In this document: positions 52,401 to 61,400 of the stretch, one piece after another
Position numbering within the stretch: position 1 is the first letter of the stretch
Layout of the letters: every line of letters starts with the position of its first letter
Origin: Podarcis erhardii
Lineage: Eukaryota
Assembly: GCA_964252035.1 (NCBI GenBank)
Contig: OZ176201.1
Length of the DNA: 64,000 nt
Strand: one strand, 5' to 3'
Translations under genes and position numbers: made by a program
Notes under the pieces: generated by a model
Seen by the model: the letters and a program-made list of their open reading frames with translations, nothing else
Databases searched by the model: none
Told to the model about the DNA's origin: nothing

Positions 52401-55400
52401 GCAGTGATGGGGAGGTATGGGGAAGTCGAAGGAAAGAAGGTGCATGAAAATAAGAATATGAAGTTATACATGTTTAAATGTTTTGTATGTTTTTGTTTTG
52501 TGTTTCGCTTGTCTTTATTATGTGTTTGGAAAATGAATAAAAATTATTATAAAAAAAAAAAATACTACCTCTGTGTCAATGTATGTATGTATGTATGTAT
52601 GTATGTATGTGTACTTGGAAGCTCCACTAAATTTACTTTCGGGTAAGTGTGCATTCAGTTATGGATAAAACCACCTGATGCAAATAATGGCTGAAGTGTC
52701 CCAGTGTTTGCCATCAGATGGCTAGGTAGGTATGCATGCAAGAGAAGAATCTCAAGAATGTCTTTTTGGAATGCAATGGGATGAGCTCCCCTATTATGTA
52801 TCAGTAGGGCTACAGGCTGGGAAAGTACTGAGCATACTAGAGCTGATGGGCTTTCATTGCATTGCCACCCGTGAGCAGAAATTGTACAGACAGGATGGCA
52901 GTGATGATCAATACAAAAGGCAGCTGCCGGATATAGGAGTACAATACTAGATAGAAACTAATCGTACCAATTTGCCAATTGGCTTCCAATATAGCTTTAA
53001 CACAGCAGTTTGCAATCAGGACAATTAGCAGCCGCTAATACTTGATCTTTGTGTTGTGAAAAGTTCCCCCTGCTGGTTTCTGCAGAAATAGGTATAAGAG
53101 AACTCCAGGCTACAGTTTGCTTCCAGGGTTACAGGGGTAAGTTACAAAGAGTGGCTAAAAAAAGACTACATGCATTGTTGTTTTGCTACTGCACCAGTGG
53201 AGTTTTGATCACAGAATTGCTGAGTTGGAAAGGACCCCGAGGGTCATTTAGTCCAACATCCTGCAATGATGTTGATGCAAATAAAAATGCAAAGTAAATC
53301 ACTTGGCTCACAGGATTGCTCCAGGGTGGTTGTGGTCTGTGTGTGAAGAAGCTGGGGGATAGTATCCAAAGGGCAGAATAAGTATTTATGCAGGGCCCTG
53401 AAACTTTTCCCTGACCATGAGCAATCCTGCTTGATCCTCCTTTATATTATAAAATTTAACCTATTATTATCATCTGCATGCTTTCAAGATAAAAGCTATT
53501 TTAACACCCAAATGCATGGAGAAAGTTAACACTAAAATTCTCAAGGTGTGGAATTCAGATAACCAATACTAGGGGTGTGCATCAGCTCTGTGTACTTCCC
53601 AAATTAATGAGGCAAATAGGGGTGATTTGGGTAAGGTTTTCACATGCTTGAATCAGACTGACTGGAGACTCCTTAAAGTCCCAAGTTCCTCTGTAGAATT
53701 GAGTGTCCCCCATGCTACTTTTCGAAATGAGTGCTGCATTCTTTCCCAGGGGAAAGATTCTGTATCCCCCAACGATCTCTGTGAGTTGGGAGGAGAAGAC
53801 TGTCTACTTACTTGCATGGGTTCTTTGCTGGGTAACAGGCTCTTTGTACAACCTCCCACCCCACCCCCGGAATGTATCTGCATACAATTTGGCAGACTTA
53901 ATCAACCCTTATAGGGCTCCTATATCTGCAAATTTCATCAAATTCTGTGAAATGAGAAAAAATTATAGCCACGTTTAGATTTTCCATTACTGAATGTAGG
54001 AAAAGCAGAGCTTTGTTTTTAGTAGAATGAATTTGATCCCCCCCCAAAATGAGTCAAGCTGGAAAGATGGAGTGACTCCAAAAAAGACTGGGCTGCTTCT
54101 CAAAGCGGAAGATACAAGTCAAAATCTTATGGTTGGTGCACACCTCTATTAAACGTCTTACTTGTGCAATGATAGAATAGGTAGGCACAAGGGAGACCTC
54201 CCTGCATTTTAATAAGCAAACTGCATCTGCTCCCCCCAGGGTTCGAAGAACCAGAACATGCTCTCACGGAGACGCTCCAGAGTTTTCCTCCTGGATACAG
54301 TTGACAGAGGAAGTGAGTTTGTGGAGACCCTGAAATTTGTTTATCCCAAGGCAGATGATCTTCAGGAGAAAGACTTTGACTGGCTCTTTGATTGTCCTGA
54401 GACAGAACAGTTTCTTGAGTCTTTCTGCAACATAGTGGGGGAGGAGAATGTATCCAGTTCTACAGAACTGGAGGCCTATGAGAAACTGGTCATTTCCGGG
54501 AAGCCTGTTCTGGAAGGTGAAGCACTGGAACAGGTGTTGAAGACCTGCCGCCAAGCCTCTCAGCTCAGGTGTGCTATGCAGGAGAATGACACCTTGCCTC
54601 TTGAGACACTTGAACAAGAGGTGCAGATGCTGAAGAGCCAATGCGCCTGTCGGGTAATGCGGCGCACCAAGCTCCAAATTCGTCTAGCCAGCTTGAAGCG
54701 GGAGCTCTGTCATTCAGCTGAGAAGAAAGAGAAAGCAAGCCGGGAGCTGAAGAAGGCACACCTGCGGCTAGAGCCAGAGAACTTTCAGAGCAATGATGCT
54801 CTCAGCCAAGCCTGTAAGAAAGTAAAGGAGCTGATGCAATGGCACAGGAAGCCTGCAAGCAAGCGGCAGGAAGCCTCAATGGCAGCAGCGGACCTGGAAC
54901 GTTGCCTTGAATTGGAAGAAAAAGTCACAAAGGCTTTATTGGGATTCTCACCAAAGGTCTTGCCAGATGTTGTCAGCGATGTGGAAGCTGATCAAACAGT
55001 TCTGGTGAAAAGGGGGCAGGGAGACTCTTGGGAAAAACTGGATACAGGGTCTATGGAAAGACGAGCTCAGAAAGTGCTGCTAGATAGTAAGAGTACATTC
55101 TGCAGTGATGATTCTGAGGGTCACAAAACGACACATGGCACGCTGAAAAGCCAAGTTCTCCCCAAGGGGCAGCTGGCCAATAAGAACGAGCCAGAGATTA
55201 CTTGTAAAGCTCTGCCGCAAGATACGGACCGAATGGAAAGTGAGAACTTCAGAACCGTTCAGGATGGTCGTCAAGGAGGGTTGAAGATGCGGGGAGAAGC
55301 TGCTGAAATGGAGCATACCAAAGATGACAAGCTGAGCAGCTATCAGGAAGAACTGGAGCGCATGGCATTGGCTTACATGTGCAGTCAGGAAAAGGCACTT

Positions 55401-58400
55401 GTGACCTCTGCAAACATTAAAGGAATTTCATATACCTTGAAATGGGCAGGGAAGGCCCTCAAGGCTGCTAAGGAGAACAAGGTAGGTCACTAGCTTCCTG
55501 GCTTAAACAAACAGGGTTTAGTAAATGACAGTAAGCACCTGTAATACAATAGGCTCTGCAACACAGAAATGCATTGAGAGAGAGAGAGATACGAATAATA
55601 AAAGAGTGAGACTCTAATTCACCTGTTGCACTTGGTGAATGGGTTTGAACCACTAGACTTTTTACATTTGTAGTGATGCTATAAAGTTCAGCAACAAGTA
55701 CTCTTTTTGTCACACAAGCCCCTGATTGGCTCTGCATTCATCAGAGCTGATGTTTGATTCTGTCCACCTCTGACTGTATCCATCCACCAAGAGCCAACCC
55801 CTGGACATTAAATTTTGTGGAAGTAGAGGGCTGAAACTGGCAGGTTTGGGATAAGGGACATGCTTCTGGAGAAGAGGAAATAAATGAGTGGTGGTGGTGA
55901 AAGCAGTTTCTCTAGGGAAACAAAGAAATCCCTTGCTGGGGATGAATGAAAATAAAAGAAACATTAGGAAGTGGGGCAGGGCAGGAGAGAAAAGTAAAAG
56001 CAACATGCAGTTTTCCACTTAAAGTCTGTACTGTATATCCAACATGTTCTCAACCATGAAGTCAAAAACTAATAGATTGGGGTGACAGCAAAAATCCCCT
56101 TGAAATGTTCCTATTTAAGTGACATCTTATTTATACGTAAACTAAATAATAAGAATAAGAATAAGAATAAGAATAATTTTTATTTATACCCTGCCCTCCC
56201 CAGCCAAGGCCGGGTTCAGGGCGGCTAACAAGCAATAAAAAAAACAAGTTGAATGAATGCAACTTAAAAACAAGATTAAAATATTATGTATTAACTATGC
56301 TGCAAACACAGACAAAAAGAATACTTCTGCCCCATGTTTTGAGTAAATTTTTACCTCCCACTTTATGGACTCTTGGCTGCTAAGCTTTATAAAGAAAGCT
56401 GATATAATCACTAGGCTTAGAAAATCAGAACTTAACAGGTCCTCTGGACCAATCTAGTCCTAAGCTATTTGTATTGTGTTCTGCATTATTCTCAGTTTTT
56501 TGAGTTACTTTTAACAAGATATATGGGTTTAGATATAGGGAGAGTACCATGATGTCATTCCCAATAGTATTTTAGTTAGAGTCCCATGGGTTAGGAGAAT
56601 ACTTGCCAACAAAACTGGTGGTTTTTCTTGCAAAGTTCGTAGAGGCCTTCAAGAACTGCAGGGGAATGTGAAATTTAATGTCCTTCTCTTCTGCAGGTGG
56701 AGGAAGAGAAAGGAGAACTGTATCTTCGTAGAGCCACTTTCCAGGAGCAGTTGTGTATCCTCCAAAGGGAGGTTAGACAGGCAAAAACCAAAAAACTTGT
56801 CCCTTTGCTCCAGACCAGTGCCAGCCTCCTTCGCTTGCCTGTAGTATGTGGAGAACTCACTTTGGAAACCAGGAGACTTGGTCATCTTGTATCGATGCAA
56901 GAACAAGCTGCTGGCCAAATGATGGTCCAGTGGAGCCATTTGGAGCTGCTGTGGCTCTTGCTGATGCATGAGCAGAAGAATCTGCAACAGATGAAGACCC
57001 AACTGGAGGGGATGGTGGCTACCTCGAATGAATCACATGCTAAATTGCAGGAATGGCAAGCCTGCTTTGAGGATTCAAGATTCTCCATTAAGCAATGCCC
57101 GCGGACTCTGATAGACCCCAGTGATCTCACCATGTTAAGGTAAAGATCCGAAGAGCTATGGCAGGGGAAAGGTATCAAATGGCTGCAAGTGTTAGAAACA
57201 AGGAAATACTTCCTTAGGGTAGAAATGGGGCTCGTTAGAAAACAAAAATAAGCTGGTATGTGACTAAAATGAAGCATAACCTATTGAAGATAAAACAAAA
57301 CAAATTCCTTCCAGTAGCACCTTAAAGACCAACTAAGTCAGTTCTTGGTATGAGCTTTCGTGTGCATGCACACTTCTTCAGATACACTGAAACAGAAGTT
57401 TCCAGACCCTTCTATATAGTGAGAAGGTGGGGAGGGGTATTACTCAGAAGGGTGGTGGGAATGGGTGATTGGCAGATAGATTGGCAGATAGATTCACAGC
57501 GTCTTATGTATTCCTTTCCTCCTTAGGCTGTGGGAGATGCTAAACAGGCACAGTCAAGATAAACAACTCTTCCATGCCTATGGGGCCTTGGCAGGCTGGG
57601 GCTCCCGGTTATGCCAGGAGCTCAGGATGCTCAAAGTGCAGCTGGCCACACCACACTCTCAGCTTCCTAAACTGGAGTCTGACAATGAGGTACTTCACTG
57701 TTTGATGTATGGTGACTGCAACCAGCTAATGCTTCGTGCTCAGGTAAGCAAAAGCTGTAGCCCATCATGTGTGTGAATCTTCTTTTTCTTGCTATATTAT
57801 CTATTAATAATCACAAGAATAGACCAAATTAACGGCACACAATGATCTTTGCTTTTGCTACACCATTAAGTGTTGTACTCTTGGGACTCCTGGTCCTCCT
57901 TAAGTAGCAAACTTCCCTCCCTGTGAAACTTCTAAATGATGAAAAATTGGAGAAATATGTGCTGCTGCTTCTGAACCCCTATTTGTTTTGACACCTGTTT
58001 TCTACAGGGACTAGAAGAACCTCTGGAGCAGCTTTACACCACACAAGCCAAACTCTACCAAATGCTAATGGACACCTTGAGTGATGTGAAGGCCAAGCAA
58101 AAATCCCTGCGGAGTCACTTTCAGCAAACTGAGCGCAGCCTCTACATGCATTTCTTCACTAACCCAGAACAGCTGAAGGAGCTGGTGCAAGATGCTGAGA
58201 AAGAGACCCTGGCATTTTCTTAGGTGTCGGTATAGTCACATGAGAGTAGTTCAGTAGAAAATAGTCCTCCACCTTGCTTGAAGGTACTCACATCTTATCA
58301 TCATCTAGACTGAGTGGAAAGTCTCCTTAGGGAGAATCCTGTTCATGAAAGCTTACATTGCTATGTTCTCTTTGTAAAATAGACAGATTTGGACCTACCG

Positions 58401-61400
58401 GTAATTCCATATACAGTGTTTCTTCCCTACAATGACTTGGTAAAAAAGGCTCTTAAACTACAGTCTGTTTTTTCTCTTCAGAGTCTGAGTAAAGTGATGG
58501 AAGTAGTGATGGATGGGTGGGCTGAGATGTTGGTTAAAACTAAAAGCTACAGTGCATACTTCTAAGATGGGGCGCTGCCCTTTTCTGCTTGCCTGCATAT
58601 TTATTGTCTACCTATTTTTCTATCTCAATTACTGATGTTATTCAAAAAACTGTGATGAAAGAAGAACATGGCTGCACAATCAAGAATGTTTTGTTTAATG
58701 GCCAGGGTCCATTTTTTGCTTCCTTAAATTGTGGTAATACAAGAAGCTCCATGGTTGAAAATATAATGTGTACCAGTTTCAGGCATGTTGCTTGTTTTAT
58801 ATTGAAAACAACTCACTGAAATATGCTAATAAAAGTAATGTTCACTTTAATTTTAACTATTTGTTTAGGCAAAGGGCTATACCAACTAGCCTAGAAATAT
58901 GCTGATGTTGCAATATAATTATTGAAACACATTCTCCCTTTACCTTTCAAATAGGATATGGTGACAGGCATTGCAGAATCCTGGTGGAAACTGGTCATAA
59001 TCACTTATTATAGAAGCCTATTTTTAGATAATTTCACTGGCAACAGGATCCACACATTTTATCATAAGTTACAATTTAATTTTGTTTCCAGAATTCTGAA
59101 GTAAGGTTATGGAGGGGCTCTCTTTTCATACACCAGTAGCTCAATATAACTGCATTTTCCACTATGCATTTAAGACATACTAAAAGATATTGCACATATC
59201 TCAATACACCTATACATTGCTTTTGGTGACTTGCTGCTGCCACCTGACAATACAGATGAGCTACTTGCCGGGGTCGGCACCAACTAACAATAAGTCTTCA
59301 CATGCGTAGCAAAAATACACATCTAGAGCATTAAAAAAATCTCCATATGACTCTACTCTTAAGATCATCTCTAGGCACTGACTACAACATCAGTCAAATT
59401 GACAGCTGGCTAAATAAACCCAATTCTTGGAACAGTCCTTGAACAGGGGGAACATAATTGACAATAGGCCTTCTAAATTTTCTGGAAGTGCCAAATAATA
59501 GTAGGTAGTAACCCAGCATGTACCTTCAAATGTCAGTGAACAGAAAACGAGACAAGGATCTGTAGCACTAATTTTCTGCTTGTATTCAGCAGCTGTCAAT
59601 GTTCTTCCCAGCTAGGAAGCTTTGCAGTGGCTCAATAATCTAGTAAAAAGGGAGTTGGCCTTTGAATTCAATAGGACTAACTTCTGAAATGACACAAACA
59701 GGATTGTGCTGTGTGATGTGAACTATGCTTTTACTTCCCTTACTCTTCTCATCTAGTGAAATGAAGCCAGATGGTAACATTACTATAGAACCATTCGAGT
59801 CCAAAGAGTTAAGGTGGTAGAGGGATGCTGATACCCATCGTTTCAGCCTCTCCGGCAGGTGCAGACTGCTTTTCATCCCTCCTCATCAGATTTATCATTT
59901 GATGAGTGAGGAACAATGTTTGATCTGTGTATATGCATCTGCATATGTGATGGCTGGGATGTGGGTGAGAGAGTGTGCATGCTGGATATGACCCCTCTGC
60001 CAGTGTGCAGTACCCAAAGGCACTACATACCTTTGGCTGAAAAGGATTAGATTATTCCTCTTCAGGGACAGCCATCAAAAGAAATAAGCTGCTACAACTC
60101 ACTTACAAGGAAAAAAAGTTTGAAAATCAGAATGGGTGGGATGTTTAGGGGGTGTTACTATTGAACCTGTATCCATGGTAAAGCACAGACGGTATAACTA
60201 GTGTTCTTGTTGAAAGTATTGTTAAAAGCTATTCTTTCTCAACTCTGTTACCTCTGTAACATCATTTTTGTTGAGGTTCCTCAAGCTGGCAAGGGCAGCA
60301 TCCAGGGCAGGCAGGGCTTCTGCCAGGTCCTTCTGTGCGTCATCAGCAATAGCCTGAGCGGTCTGAGCTTTGACTTTGGCTTTCATTTCCTCTGCCTGCA
60401 CAGCATTCCGTGTTTCTTCTGCTACAGCTGTGTCTACCTGCAGCAGCACAAAGGTATTTGGAATCATGAATGCTTTCAGGACTGGCTAGATTAGAAGCAC
60501 CTTTTCTGCATCAGTCAGAGACCCAGTCTGCCTGCCATGGTAAACCATAGTTAACGGCTAGGCCTAAATACATGGCTCTCACTAGCACACGGGGTGGGGG
60601 GGCAAACCACAACAGTTGTTTTAGGATTACATCTGAATACAGGATTGTGGCTTGTTTCACTCCCTACCCCAGCCCTGAAAAAAAGCCCCAAGACCACATT
60701 AAGCCAAAGGAAAACTTTGACAACAGATTAATGTTTGTTTGGAGTGGAGCAAACCATGAGCACTTATTCAGATGAAACTTTAAGTTGGGGGTTTGTTTGT
60801 TTTCCTTCTGATCACTTGCAGGAAGGAAAAAAGCAAGCAGGATTAGTGTATTCACAGTAAACTATTAATTATGCTTTACCATGATGTGTTAATGAGGTCA
60901 TCGTTTGCCAAAGCATAAAAACATTCTAGCACAACAACAACAACAACCCAAGGGGCATGCTTTTCTCAAAAGGGCCAGGAGCAGATATGGCTGACCAGAA
61001 CTCTGAACAGGAACACTGCTGATACAGAATGATAGTATGCAATGTTTGGTTACCTGTCTCACTTGGGAAGTAGTATATGATAGCTTCAAGTTCTTTATTG
61101 TGCATGCATGGCTAAAGATAAAGAGACTGCTCTTCTTATGAACATGATTGTCTGAAATAAGCATCACACCTCACATAGCAAGGTTAAATATTTGTAGTGT
61201 AAAGGGCAGGTCATGTCATTCTGGAGCCAAAAGAACAAACCCAAATGGCACCCCCTTTTGCAGTAAAGAACAACAAAAGTTTTCCTTGTGGCAAATGTGT
61301 TGCCCCATTATTTTAATTGTAGGACTTGTATTGTGTGAAAACAAGGCAGAGATGCAACATGGGCCTCCCTTTCTCTAGCTTAAAGCTAACAAGGAAGAGT

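Noticed and set aside
54264-57277. Minus-strand ORFs overlapping the HAUS3-like exons (54264-54677, 54574-54759, 55080-55316, 56649-57002, 56882-57277)
   Set aside because: Antisense shadows of the real coding exons. They are not extra DNAH1 exons, because exons 60252 and 49819 join in frame and match DNAH1 without a gap.
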